Source: Sphyrna mokarran (Eukaryota). Taken from it: 64,000 nucleotides of DNA. Below the pieces are notes generated by a model, which was not told the origin of the DNA, made no database searches, and worked only from the letters and a program-made list of their open reading frames with translations. Location of the stretch: positions 27,590,001 through 27,654,000 of the forward strand of contig JAGIQG010000008.1 in the NCBI GenBank assembly GCA_024679065.1, read 5' to 3'. Positions 11,850 through 23,900 of the stretch are shown here, piece by piece. The translations under genes and the position numbers were made by a program. Positions within the stretch are counted from its first letter, which is position 1. The number at the start of each line of letters is the position of its first letter.

Positions 11850-13150
11850 ATGGGAGTCTTGGGAGAGACACTATCAAATTTTATTTATTCTTTACAGCTA
11901 AGGGTTGAGTTGGCCTTACTGAAGGTTCTTGAGATAACAAGACAGACAGAAGAAAGTTGTAAACCAAAATTTAATTCTAGGTGATAAAGATGTCTCATGG
12001 AGAAAACCAACTGATGCACATTGAAAATAAGATGCACCCAAATAGAGAGAAAAAAACTTGGCTGCCATTATTTTGTGTTCTCATTGTGGTGGAGAAAAGC
12101 TAAAGCAGCAGGAAGAATCCTGATTCTGAAATCCTGAAAATTTCAGAGTACCTTTCTGCCAGAAATGAGGCTTTAATCAGTTTGTTGCAGCAAACAATTC
12201 TTAATCAAATAAGTAAAGGAGAAATGACCAAGATCTAGGATCATTCAAGAAATTAAAGACATTCAAGAAATTAAAGAAAAAGAAAGTACCATTCTTAGAG
12301 AAATTACAGGATAATTGAAGTGCAGCTATTATAGTCAATGGACATAAAATACACTCCAATTTAAACAATACAGCAGGAGTTTCAATTCTTTGAGACACAG
12401 AAAGGTGACTTATTTCACCCATTGACCATAAGACTCCAAAGTTTAGAAACCACTCAGCTGAAAGTAAAAGTTAAAGTAAATTTTATTTATTAGTCACAAG
12501 AAGGCTCACATTAATAGCGCAATGAAGTTGTGAAAATCCTCTAGTCGCCACACCTCAACAGCTGCTCAGATACACTGAGGGGCAAGTTAGCATGGCTATT
12601 CCATTTGACCAGCATATTTTTCAGACTGTGGAGAAAACTGGAGCACCCAGAGGAAACCCACGCAGACACGGGGCAAATGTGAATCGAACCCAGATCCCTG
12701 GCGCTGTGCCACCGTGCTGCCTCTTTGTTTTTTCAAAGGATTGTTGATGGCTGAACTTCAACACAAAGGAAAAGAAATCACAGAAGCTTTGTACGTGATT
12801 CACCAATCAAGAAAGTCCAAAAACTTACGCAGGTCTACAACTCATCTTTAAAGGAGATGAATTGACAAACCTTGAGGAAACCAGATCAAAGATTTCCCAG
12901 GTGAAGAAACTAGATAAATATGTGCAAGGCAAATAGCAAACAAACACAGATGCATTGCCAAACATCTCTGTGGGGAAGACTGAAGAGGAGGACATAAATC
13001 TTGTTGAGGAGGTCAGGTCATATAATTCACTTACTGCAAAATTCTGACCAGCAACCACACAGAAGCTGAACAAAATATGGCAAGTACAAAGAACAGGTCA
13101 ATAATATACTAAAATTAGAGATTACTGCAAATAGATGGCCAAACTATATT
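11850..13150 (+). mobile_element. Decayed Gypsy gag-pro-pol remnant, interrupted by a SINE
   Basis: IIVNGHKIHSNLNNTAGVSIL (protease-like, ~12330-12390) and KYVQGK*QTNTDALPNISVGK..EEVRSY..PATTQKL..IRDYC (RNaseH-integrase linker, 12917-13130). Confidence 0.6.
12470..12721 (-). mobile_element. V-SINE with non-HER1 tail
   Basis: Reverse complement of the same head, core and tail as 11594 and 53280. Confidence 0.82.
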
Positions 13151-13660
13151 TCAAACAATCTCATCCTAAAAAAGGACTTCTAGCAATACCTCAGTTCAAT
13201 CTCCACAAGATTTCTTTTTCGCTGAGAATTAAAATTTTGCTTTGAATTCTCTTTTCTGCCTGCTTCAAAATCTCAACAATCTCTGATATGACCAACTCTT
13301 GCCTTGACTGTAAAAAAAATCTCTTCTAAGACACCCATAACTATGCAATTCTGATCTAATGCCATATCTGGCTAACTGGGTAAGGCTAGTTTTGCCATGC
13401 TTTGGGCATTATCTGGAGATCTTGTAATCTCGTTCAAATAAATCTCAGGTTAACTTACTGTATTCTTGGGCCCAATTTCCCAATCAACCTTGCACACAGA
13501 AGGTGTTCATAGATGTTGGATGTCCCTCATCTCAATCTTAGCACACTGTTCTAAGTATTCATCAGGCTAATGCCCTACGATCAACCATCTTCAACTGCTC
13601 CATCAATGGTCTTCCCTTGTCAAAAGGTCAGAAGTAGAGATTGGTTATTGCACAATGTTC

Positions 13661-14620
13661 TGGTGAATGTATCCAGCATGAGAGGTCACAGTCTGAGGAT
13701 ACAGGGTACACCGTTTAGGACAGAGATGAGCAGAAATTGCTCCACCGAGAGAGTGGTCAACCTATGGAATTTTACAACACAAAGCATGTTGTGACCAAAA
13801 CTTTGATTTTTTTCAAGAAGCAGTTAGATGTCACACTTAATTTTGATTTGATTTATTATTGTCACGTGTTATAATAGTGAAAAGTATTGTCTCTTGCGCA
13901 GTGTACAGACAAAACATACCATTCACAGAAAAGGAAACAAGATAGTGCAGAATGTACTGTTACTGACATAGCTAGGGTATAGTGAAAGATCAACTTAATG
14001 CAAGGTGAGTCCATTCAAAAGTCTGGCAGCAGCAGGGAAGAAGCTGTTCTTGAGTCTTGAGACTTCAAGAAGCTGTTCTTGAGACTTTTATATCTTTTTC
14101 CCGAAGGAAGAAAGTGGAAGAGGGAATGTCCAGGGTGCATGAGGTCCTTAATTATGCTGACTGCTTTGCCAAGGCAGTGGCAAGTATAGACAGAATCAAT
14201 GGATGGGAGGCTGGTTTGCATGATGGATTGGGCTACATTTACAAACTTTTATAGTTCCTTGCAGTCTTGGGCAGAGCAGGAGACATATCCAGCTGTGATA
14301 CAACCAGAAAGAATGCTTTCTATGGCGCATCTGTAAAAGTTGGTGAGAGTCATAGCTGACATGTCAAATTTCCTTTGTTTTCTGAGAAAGTAGAGGCATT
14401 GATGGAATTTCTTAACTATAGTGTCAGCATGGGGGGAGAACCAGGATAGGTTGTTGGTGATCTTGACATCTAAACATTTGAAGCTTTAGAGATGAAATGG
14501 ATCAAAAGAAATGGGGAGAAGCGAGTGTCAGGCTATTGAGTTGGACAATAATGAATGGCGGAGCAGGCTGAAAGGGTAGAATGACTTCTTTCTGCTCCTA
14601 TTTTCTATTTTTCTTTCTTT
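13661..14620 (+). mobile_element. HER1/CR1 3' end, itself split by a Rex1-type LINE
   Basis: RGHSLRIQGTPFRTEMSRN..RVVNLWN; 3' UTR resumes at 14488 and matches the copy at 29600-29872. Confidence 0.82.
13840..14487 (-). mobile_element. Rex1/Babar-type LINE 3' end
   Basis: TNFYRCAIESILSGCI..HPGHSLFHFLPSGKRYKSLK..NSFFPAAARLLN and (TCAAA)n tail at 13840-13855. Confidence 0.8.
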
Positions 14621-15796
14621 CTGTGTTTCAGTGCCATTCGTGATTCCTTAGAAACTGAAGCTGCCGATGACCATATGCGACAAAACCTGGATAATATCCA
14701 GGCTTGGACTGACAAGTGGAAAGTAACATATATCCTACGCAAGAACCAGACAATGGCCACTTCCAACACAAGAGGATCTATCCATTTCTCCCTGACATTC
14801 AATGGCATTATCATACTGAATCCCCCACTATCAATATCCTGGGAGTCACCATTGACCAGAAACTGAACTGGATCAGCCATATAAATATTGTGGCTAAAAC
14901 AACAGGTAAGAGTCTGGGAATTCTACCACAAATAACTTATCTCGTGATTCCCCAAAGCCCATTCACCATCTACAAGTCAGGAGTTTGTTGGAGTGCTCTC
15001 CATATGTCTGGATAGATGCAGTTCTAACAACATTCAAGAAGCTGAACACCATCCAAAACAAAGCAGCCCACTTGATTGGCAACACATCCATCACCTTAAA
15101 CATTAACTTTCTCCACTACTGACTCTCAATGGCAGCAGTATGTACCTTCAAGATGTACTGCAGCAACTCCCCAAGAGTTCTTCAGCAGCATCTTCCAAAG
15201 CAAAATATCTTACCACTTAAAAGGATAAGAGTAGAAAATGTTGAACACCATCACCTTCAAGTTCCCCTCCAAATCACACACCATCCTAATTTGGAAATAT
15301 TTTGTTATTCCTTCACAGTTGTTGGATCAAAATCTTGGAACTCCCTTCCTACATTAAATGTGGGTATACCTATACTGGAAGGATTGCAGTAGTTTAAGAA
15401 GGCACCTCACCATTATTTCTCAAGGGAAATTACAAGTGGGCAATCCATGCTGTCCAACCAGAAATGCTCACATTCTTTGAAAGAATACTTTTTTTTCAAA
15501 AAATCGGATTAATAAGATTTATTGCCTACTCATTTTAAGCTTTACATTTATGTTGAACTGCAGGATGGCAAGCAGCAGGAGATGGTAGCTTCCCACAGTA
15601 TTTTACAATTGCCATATTGCATTGGTGAAGAACTTTATGGGCAGATTTTTACTGAATGTCATAGGGGAATGTCCTACATATAAACCATTACAAAAGTGAG
15701 TTATTGTTGCAATTATGGGAAAAGTCTATCTAATTGAAACAGATGATCAACCCAACAGCTTCGTGCTGTTCTTTTATTTTTTTTCACTCCATCTTA

Positions 15797-15983
15797 AAGT
15801 TACAAAGCCAATGCTCAGAGTAGACCGGAGAAATCCAAATTCACTTCTTATCTGCTCCAAAAACCAAATTTAAAATCCAATTGAACCCAATTTCTGGTCT
15901 CCAGAAGGGAGACTAACAGGACCCAAGCTGCCAGTCTTGGGCTTGATCTGAACTTGATCTTAGCCCAAAAGCTAAGAATCAAC
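15797..15983 (-). mobile_element. Element headed by a U2 snRNA 5' fragment (Keno/SINEU-like)
   Basis: U2-like 32 nt followed by a non-U2 body with a repeated AGATCAAG and a CCCAAG..CTTGGG hairpin; 3' boundary approximate. Confidence 0.55.
15952..15983 (-). pseudogene. RNU2: U2 snRNA nt 1-32 fragment
   Basis: Minus strand GTTGATTCTTAGCTTTTGGGCTAAGATCAAGT versus vertebrate U2 ATCGCTTCTCGGCCTTTTGGCTAAGATCAAGT: 25/32 by hand, the last 14 nt identical, several mismatches at CpGs. Confidence 0.75.
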
Positions 15984-15988
15984 TTGCC

Positions 15989-16027
15989 TGTTCTGACGAA
16001 GGGTCATCCAGACTTGAAACGTTGGAT
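15989..16027 (+). ncRNA. Minimal type-I hammerhead ribozyme motif within a Penelope-type terminal repeat (repeat extends to ~16089)
   Basis: CTGACGA (15993-15999), stem II GGGTC-ATCCA-GACTT, GAAAC (16016-16020), palindromic ACGT stem III, GTT triplet; stem I is weakened. Confidence 0.65.
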
Positions 16028-17062
16028 CCATTCTCTCTCCACCGAGGCTGTCAGACCTGCTGAGATGTATCAGCATTTTCTATTTTTGTGCCTGATCATT
16101 CGCTATTCCTTACCATGTGAGATGATTGGGAGCGTGCAATAGTTGAAATGTTGAATCAAAATCTATTGGTCTTTTTTGGTACTTCAAGTTATGGGTAAGG
16201 ATTCTTTTCAACTGCACAAAGAGGTAAGCATTCTTGTATCCCAGTTAACATTTGCTCTTGAAACAAACTTGGCACCTATAAAAGGTCAGCTGATCACATG
16301 CCTCATTGCTATTTGTGGGATATTGTTCATGAGGAATAACTGTCACATTGGACAAGTAGCCTTCACTAAAGTGATTAGGATTATGCAAGTGCAAAACTAT
16401 CTTTGAAAAATCACATCATATCTTCAGAATGTACAAGGTTAGTATTAATTTGCATCAATATCCCAAATTTCCACCCATACACGGGGAAGAGGTTCAAGAA
16501 TATTCCAAGCTTTACTTGCAGAGTGCTGGAAAATCAGTCATCAATATTTTAGTAGCAATATACATTTTTGCGATCATTATGAAGTTAATTGTTGAAAAGA
16601 TGTTGTAGGAGTGTTTGCACTGAATATAACACATTCTGGATATGCAGTGTCAACTAAAATTGCTTTCAGCTAATATTCTTGGCAAATATTTTATCACCCA
16701 AATCCAACAAAGTTGTCTTTATTCCAAATGTGGAACAAGATGGGTCAGACAAAAGATAATTGCTCATGTTTCACCTTCAGAATTTCTGCATTGCAATATT
16801 GTCTTCTGTTATGTCTGTGTTGTCTTGCCATATGCTGTACTGAAAATCAACAAGCATGCACAATGTTCTGAAAGAGCCTGCTTTGCTTCAGCCTTTTATA
16901 GATATCCAACTTCCTTCTTTGGCAACTGGTAAAGGCAACTCCTGACAAGTGGCGTCTGAAATAGAATAATTACTTCTTTAAAGATTAATGCAACTTTTCT
17001 ATAAGGAAATTTAAAGATACATTCATCTAATCTAGCCAACTATCTATCTTTGCACCAATACA

Positions 17063-17382
17063 GGCAGCATGGTGGCACAGTGGTTAGCACTGCTGCCATA
17101 AAATGCCAGGGACCCGGATTCAATTCCAGCTTCGGTGACTGTGTAAAGTTTGCACATTCTCCTCATGTCTGCGAGGGTTTCTTCTCGGTGCTCTGGTTTC
17201 CTCCCAGAGCCCAAAGATGTGCGAGTTAGGTTGATTAGCCATTCTTAATTGTCCCTACTGTCAGGCAATTAAATATATGGGGTAAATATACGGGGTTTTG
17301 GAAATAGGGCCAGGGTGGGACTTTGACCGGTGCTGACTCCACATGAATGGCCTCCTTCTGCACTGAATGGGTTCTAAGAATC
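17063..17382 (+). mobile_element. HE1-type V-SINE (HER1 tail)
   Basis: GGCAGCATGGTGGCACAGTGGTTAGCACTGCTGCC head, V core, GAATGGCCTCCTTCTGCACTG tail. Confidence 0.9.
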
Positions 17383-17699
17383 CACTTTCAAGATTAAAAA
17401 ATAATTTATTTCATGTTGGATTTGCAACTTTTCTTCCCCATTAGTATGTACCATTCATAACTGGTGGTTTGTTAGCATCTCATCTTTCACTTGGGCACAT
17501 ATTGCATCCCTTGGGACAAATTTTGAATTTGGCAGCTTTGGATTGTGACCTTTTATCCTTTCAAACTTCTTTTCTTTAAAACTATCTCATGCGTGTATTG
17601 CCTCATCCCCCCGACGTGCACACCAAGTTACCTGTTTTTTGTTCTTAAAGATGCTACATTTTTTGCAAACCCGCACATTTACACTTCATTACCTAATAT

Positions 17700-17812
17700 T
17701 ATCCCTGTCTTCAGTTCTGATGAATAGCCCAAAGGAGTCAAAACATTAACTCTTTTTTCTCCTTACCGATGCTGTCAGACCTGCCACATTTTTCAAGCAT
17801 CCTCTGTTCTTA
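17700..17812 (+). mobile_element. Penelope-type terminal repeat with decayed hammerhead
   Basis: AGTT-CTGATGA(17717-17723)..AAAAC-ATT-AACT: stem I AGTT/AACT intact, GAAA and GUH mutated; followed by GATGCTGTCAGACCTG as at 16040. Confidence 0.65.
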
Positions 17813-18412
17813 TTGGTTTATTAACTCTGATTTATCATTTCTTTTTGTCACTAATTATGTCTCTCATCCTCCCCAATCCCAGGCCCTTTTCTGATCCAAC
17901 CGATTCCTGGCTGGAGCTCTCTGGCACATCACAAAAGCACTCTTCATTTATACAAAAAAAAAATCGCCAGCAAGCGTAACCATGTTATTTCAACCACATC
18001 TGAAATCACAACCAATCCTTTCTTTACAATTCTATCAGGAATCAGTGGATAGCAATCAGTTACCGGCTAATTTTACATTCTCTAATCAAGATGACTTGAG
18101 ACCAAATATATCATCACTGTCATTAATCTTGATAAACCAGAAGTAGAAGGGAGTCCCAAACCTAATCATCATTCTCCTAGTAAGAGGAAAACTATACAAC
18201 AGCTTATTTAAATAACTGCTAAAATCAAGCAAAATAGAGAAATCACATTTTTTGTGACATATTACTTGGTTCAGACTTGCAGTTTTATTGCTCAATGCAA
18301 CTAAATAAGATTTATTTAAGAAAGGTATATTAAGTCTCCACATTTTTTAAAAATGGGGAAAGATAACTGCATGAAACTTTCGGCCAGCACCTGAAAGGGT
18401 GTCCACAGTGCC

Positions 18413-19020
18413 ACAGAGTCATAGAGGTTTACAGCACGGAAACAGGCCCTTCGACCCAACTTGTCTGTGCTGCCCTTTTTTAAAATCCCTAAGCTAATCC
18501 CAATTGCTGCACATCCCTCTATATCTATCACACCCATGTAACTATCTAATGCTTTTTAAAAAATAAGATTGTACCTGCCTCTACTATTACCTCTGGCAGC
18601 TTGTTCCAGACACTCACCACTCTCTGTGTGAAAAAATTCTTCCTCTGGACACTTTTGTATCTCTCTCCTCTCACCTTAAACCTATGCCCTCTAGTTTTAG
18701 ACTCCCCTACCTTTGGGAAAATATATTGACTATCTACTGATCTGTGCGCCTCATTATTTTATAGCCTCCATAAGGTCACCCCTCAGCCTTCTATACTCTA
18801 GAGAAAGAAGTCCCAGTCTATCCAGCTTCTCCTTATAACTCAATCCATCAAGTCCCAGTAGCATCCAGTAAATCTTTCCTGCACTCTTTCTAGTTTAATA
18901 ATACCCTTTCTATAATAGGGTGACTAGAATTGCACATAGTATTCCAAGTGTGGTCTTACCAATGCCTTGTAAAACTTCAACAAGATGTCCCAACTCCTGT
19001 ACTCTATGTTCTGACCGATG
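18413..19020 (-). mobile_element. HER1/CR1 3' end
   Basis: Reverse complement of the same subfamily as 37137-38005 (..LVRPHLEY..ESKTRGHRFKV.., tail GCTGTAAACCTCTATGACTC). Confidence 0.9.
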
Positions 19021-22000
19021 AATATCTATGCCTGCCTATGTGTTCTGACGTTCAAGGAGATGATACCAGATAAGATGGAAGCAGACCCATTCCATATTCA
19101 ACCACAGTGATGAGGTGATGGTAGTCAGTGATTCTTGTAATTACTAGCTTGTCCATATTTGGGAGCAGGAGGCCCCTATGATTTTAAGGCAACTTGCAAC
19201 TTTTAAAGGCAGTAGGCTGCTTCGGTGAGGTGCTCTTTCTATTTCTCTGACAGTTTTGTGGAGTTCTTGGTAGATGATGCAACCAGAATATTGATTCTGA
19301 AAATTGATATTGAGTGCCTTGTCATTGCCAGATAACTTGGCTGCAATGGATAAACCTGGCAACGACGTAAAAAAGAAATTATATGACAACTATGGCAGGC
19401 AATACAGGTACAATGGCCTTGCTCTATTCTGTAACTATTCTATGATTCAATGAATTTAGTTGCTAAAGTAGGACTCCTGATCAAAGCTTTATTACATGCT
19501 TCACATTCGCGCACCCATCTATTTAACTCCAGTATTAACAACCTTTACCTTTCCTGCTGCCTATTTCTCTCTTCCAATCACAGCAACTCCTACTTCTACT
19601 TTGCACATCATCAAACTTCACAGACTTTACAATTATTGGCCCCTCTTCTTCTCTGTACATCCCTCATCATGCACACCATTCTAGGCTGCAATCATCATCT
19701 TCACATCCCTTCAAGAGGCTGTCGGTAGCACAATCCTAATCTTCAAGGAAAACTGGAACATAACAGAACGGAGATCTGGAGAACCATTGGGTGCCACCAA
19801 ACCACAGAGGTTGCCAGTCACCAAAATAATAATAGGCAAGGAAAAAGTATAAAGTGTAGTAGGTAGCAAACTAGAAGAAAATTCCCGCAGGGTGTTCAGC
19901 CATCTATCTCTCCTCTAATATTAATATTGAATTCTCTTCCTCACATACTCTGCATGAATACTCTGCTCATGATTTCCACTGTCACAAAATGCCATGTGTT
20001 ATGTATCTCCCTCTCTTTAGAGAACATGGTTAGTGACAATGGAAATCACTGCTTTACATGACAGCAGTTGAAGATCAGTTTCAATAACGCTGAAAATGCC
20101 ACTCTCTCAATCATTTCTGTCAATAATTTGAGAATCTGTTGTAAAACTGCCAAATAGTTTGCTAATGTTTATCAAGGTAGCATCTAGGCCTTGAGATGAG
20201 CACATGACTATTATTCACATATTAAATAGGTGACTTCGAGCAGGTACGCCAGACATCTAACAAAAGACTTGATCTGAAATGGTGTTGTGTGCAGTTCCGC
20301 AAGTTAGTGACACAATTTTCAGGGTCCCTAAACCCTATAGATTCCACAATGAATGATAAGTACTTAAAAATATCCATCTTCCCATATTATACATTATTGT
20401 TGCTTGAATTAATTCTGCCTCAGATCTGTAATTGGTGTGAACTGATAAAGTTTGCCATCCTTGCAGTATCAAAACAATGCTTTATACAGTGATTTAGCCT
20501 TTTTTTAGCTTTGCTCATTTGATTTTTTCTTGCTTTAGTTATGGTTTTGCAACTCAAAATTCGAAGAACAATAAGTTCCAGGAGTTTTTTTGTCGCACTA
20601 TTCACAAAGACAGATTTAAAAAGTTTACCAAACTTCAGGTATTTAATTGTTTGAGGATTTATAAATAAGGATCTGAATAACACAAACTCACTTTAAAGAA
20701 TCTATTGCATGACAGCTACAAATACTTCATTTGAAAAAAAGTTATAAGTATATACATTACAGTAACTCTTTCCCTGTTACATTTTAATGGACTTTCATTT
20801 TTTTTACTGTGACTGAAACTAGAAAACATAAAACTGTAATGTTTTGACTTTTATAGGTGAACATTCTTCTTATTGTCTAATGCGATTTGCAAAACTTAAA
20901 ATTGCTTCATGCACAATGCCATAAAAGGGAGGGGTCAAAGAAAACCAATGCTTATGAGAATAAACAGGCTATCCAATTTCAAAAGCAAATGATTCAGAAA
21001 TTCCACGGCTGAAAGTAAATTATCAGTCCAATTTATCAAGAAGGAATAACAGCAGATGGACTTAAGTCTGGAAACTTCTACTATTTTTTCACATAAAAGG
21101 TATCCTATTGTTAATGGACAAAGACATCAAACATGTGAAAATATAAAAAAGTTATTTTAGGTAAAATGGAAAGCTCGCTCTCATTACTTCGCACTCATTC
21201 AGTTGAGTTATGAAATACTTTTAGAAAAAATTTAATTTTAGCTGGTTTATAAAAGTTACTTGGAATTGACAGTTCTAATAAAATTAAACACTAGATCCCC
21301 CCATGGCGCTGTTCATAATGAATCAATGGTTGATGAAAGGGCTGATGTTGCTTCTATCTAGTCTTATTATGATGCAAATATCAGGCTTCATGTTGACAAG
21401 GGGAAAAAAAGGACATGCAGTTGCACAAAAGATATTCACTTGGTTGTTCAACAATATATTACACTATTATATTTCTGTTTAATGAAACTTTAAATTTATT
21501 TCAAATTCCATTGTTCCATCAACAGGGTTTAGAATCGGGGTGCCAGATGGCTGCAATGCTTTACATCATCTGGGAAATGTCAGCAATTGGTCTGTCTCAA
21601 ACATCCCTGGCAGTTTAGTGAACGGCAGCAACTGTCCTTGCCACATACAGACTCCTCTACTTCCTGTTGTTCCTCCTCCTCTTCCAAAGATGTAGAATAC
21701 TCATCATGTTCCTCCTCCTTCACTCCCGTTCTTGCTACTGAGCTGTATGAGACATGTTGTCTAGAAACTCATGCTGGTTTACACTAAAGAGTCACTCAAG
21801 GTCTTCCCAGGTACCTGAATGCAGTTACTGCTCAATTACAACTCTTTTGTTCATATAGCTGCTGTAGCCCCGTTCCTAGATGTCAATCCTACGGCATCTC
21901 AAAAACATCTCCACAGGGTAGCCCCTGGAACCATCCACTGATTGTCCTTTGAGATGGAAATTCTGTGAATGACTGACCATCAAATGCAACATGAAGTTAC

Positions 22001-22061
22001 TGTGGCAGCTCAGTGGCTATCTTGAACGGAATTGTGACACACAATAAAGTATGAAACTCAG

Positions 22062-22262
22062 CTCATCATGTGTGCACCAGCTTGTCATAGGGGGAATTTA
22101 ACAATTTAACATCCCAGCCTTCTCCCTGTAGCACTGCACATTGTTCCAAATAATAATCCAATTCCCTCTTGAATGACTCCAATGAACCTGCCTCAACCAC
22201 ACTATTGGGCAATGCACTCCAGATCCGAACCACTCTTGCTATGTTAAAAAACATTTTCCTCT
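22062..22262 (-). mobile_element. CR1 3' fragment
   Basis: RKMFF..RVVRIWSALPNSVVEAGSLESFKRELDYYL. Confidence 0.82.
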
Positions 22263-22309
22263 GAACAACAAATCTGAAGGCTCTCTCATTCCAACTGGAC
22301 TCAACTTTA

Positions 22310-22365
22310 GGGAAATGTACATAAGCACCAAACTCGGGAAATGTACATAAGCACCAGCCTCGGGA
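22310..22365. repeat. 26-bp tandem duplication (~2.2 copies)
   Basis: GGGAAATGTACATAAGCACCA at 22310-22330 and 22336-22356. Confidence 0.95.
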
Positions 22366-23900
22366 GATATGGCATCTGTCTACTGAGAGATGTATTTGTA
22401 TCACCAGCAGATCTCTGGAAGGAGCCAGAAGTGAAGACATTAAGTGCTTTGGTGATCTTGACTGTTATTGCCAGTGCATGGCCACCTGATCAACTTCAAA
22501 GGAAGTCTTACTTCCAGAAGTTATAAATGTCAGCTTTCAACTGATGGTAAACTCCCGAGACACTCAAATCATGTCCCAGAAGCTTATCCACAACATGAAT
22601 ATTTTAGGATGGGCAGAGTCTCATCTGAGGAGAGGAAGCTCTCCTCTGGGGCAGTAAATAGTTGAGGAAAAAACTGTTGTTGGTGTTGCTTTTCTGGTTC
22701 CACATCAGCAGCCCTAGATAGAGATGCATAAATGGCTTCAATAGTGCAATATGAAGGCTTTAGCTGGGGAATGAAGAAAAATGGCAAACAAAATGCTAAG
22801 GTAGCAGAAATGACCTCCAAAATAATGAAATCAGCTCCTAAGCAATGAAAGCACACGTGCAAAACAAGTTCCTATGAACAAACATCTTTCACAGAGACAT
22901 AAAAGCTGTTATATCACAGTTCTTAAGATGACAAACCTTGCTTGCCTGTCAAGTGCTCAACTCTGTTAATTCCCCCTGTCATCGCACTTGTTTTATCTGA
23001 CCAGTTAAATGAAGCCTGGAAACCTGTGTACACAAAGTTAAAGACAAAATTCTTGGTTAGAATTGCAGTTAATGGCCATTTAACAAACTTAAACATTAGA
23101 CCCATCTATCCTAACGGCTGATGAAATTTCTCCGATTGGAGGCAAACATCAGTCAGTTTCTCCTGACTCCTTGATATGCTGGCAATTTCTGGTGTTTTAA
23201 TTACACAGAGAAGTCCGCACCTTGGCAGATTACTATTTCCCTCTCCCCCATTCCCAAAAGACAATAAACTCACGGTTTGCATACATAACCATAATCTGAA
23301 TAATAACTTGTGTTTTGCATTGTTTCCCTGTGAGTGCTGGACTGCATAATGGTGGATGAGAATTTATTGAAAAGAAGTGTCAATAACTTGATTCGCTCAC
23401 TTCCTGCAACCACATAAACAAATCTTGTACAAATATCGCTTGCTTTAACTAATAAAGAAAGGAAAGGTATTTTAATTATTTAAACTTGCAGTCAGTCCCC
23501 TCCTTGACTTTGCAGCTTGTCTAGTTTTCCAAACTTAAAAAAGTTACCAGCTTCTAAAGTCTAGGCTTCATAAAACTTTTGAAGTTCCTCTTCCAGATCA
23601 TTTAAAAATCAACACTTGTTAAATCATAAACTCTAAAGGCACAACATTTTCTACCATGATCATTTTGAACTTCTTAGTAAAATTTAGTGTCCACATTATT
23701 TGCTGGTGCTCTCTCTCAGTTTAAGTTTCAAAGGAAAATATCTAACAATTTGTAATTGTTTAAAATGTGGGAAAAAATGTTAAAATTAACTTCTAGTTGT
23801 TTTTCAAATTACTTCGGCAAAATTAAAGAATTGTGGAATAGTGCTACAGCATGACAGTTGGTCTTCTAACAAATTGAGAGAATCCTAGTGATGAGAACCA

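Larger units (their letters stand above)
13570..15490 (+). mobile_element. CR1-group LINE (second family), RT C-terminus and 3' UTR, interrupted at 13661-14620
   Basis: TIFNCSINGLP..RSEV..CTMF resumes as SAIRDSLETEA..QNLDNIQAWTDKWKVT..ESPTINILGVTIDQKLNWISHIN..SKSWNSLP; 3' UTR ..GGGCAATCCATGCTG.. Confidence 0.8.
21540..22620 (-). mobile_element. Decayed PIF/Harbinger transposase, interrupted by a CR1 tail
   Basis: GHALAITVKITKALNVFTSGSFQRSAGD (22490-22400), GAYVHFP..NERAFRF; after the CR1 piece, NKRVVIEQ and an acidic EEEEE C-terminus. Confidence 0.7.

Noticed and set aside
12242-12277. 18-bp perfect tandem duplication CATTCAAGAAATTAAAGA
   Set aside because: Ordinary slippage-type duplication inside a dead Gypsy remnant.
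15952-15983. Functional U2 snRNA gene
   Set aside because: Only the first 32 nt are present, mutated, with no Sm site or 3' stem-loops.
17063-17140. tRNA genes (here and at other SINE heads)
   Set aside because: Box A/B-like heads continue into SINE core and tail; no complete cloverleaf.
22310-22365. CRISPR-like repeat-spacer array
   Set aside because: Two copies with 5-nt near-identical spacers inside a eukaryotic transposase relic; a simple tandem duplication.
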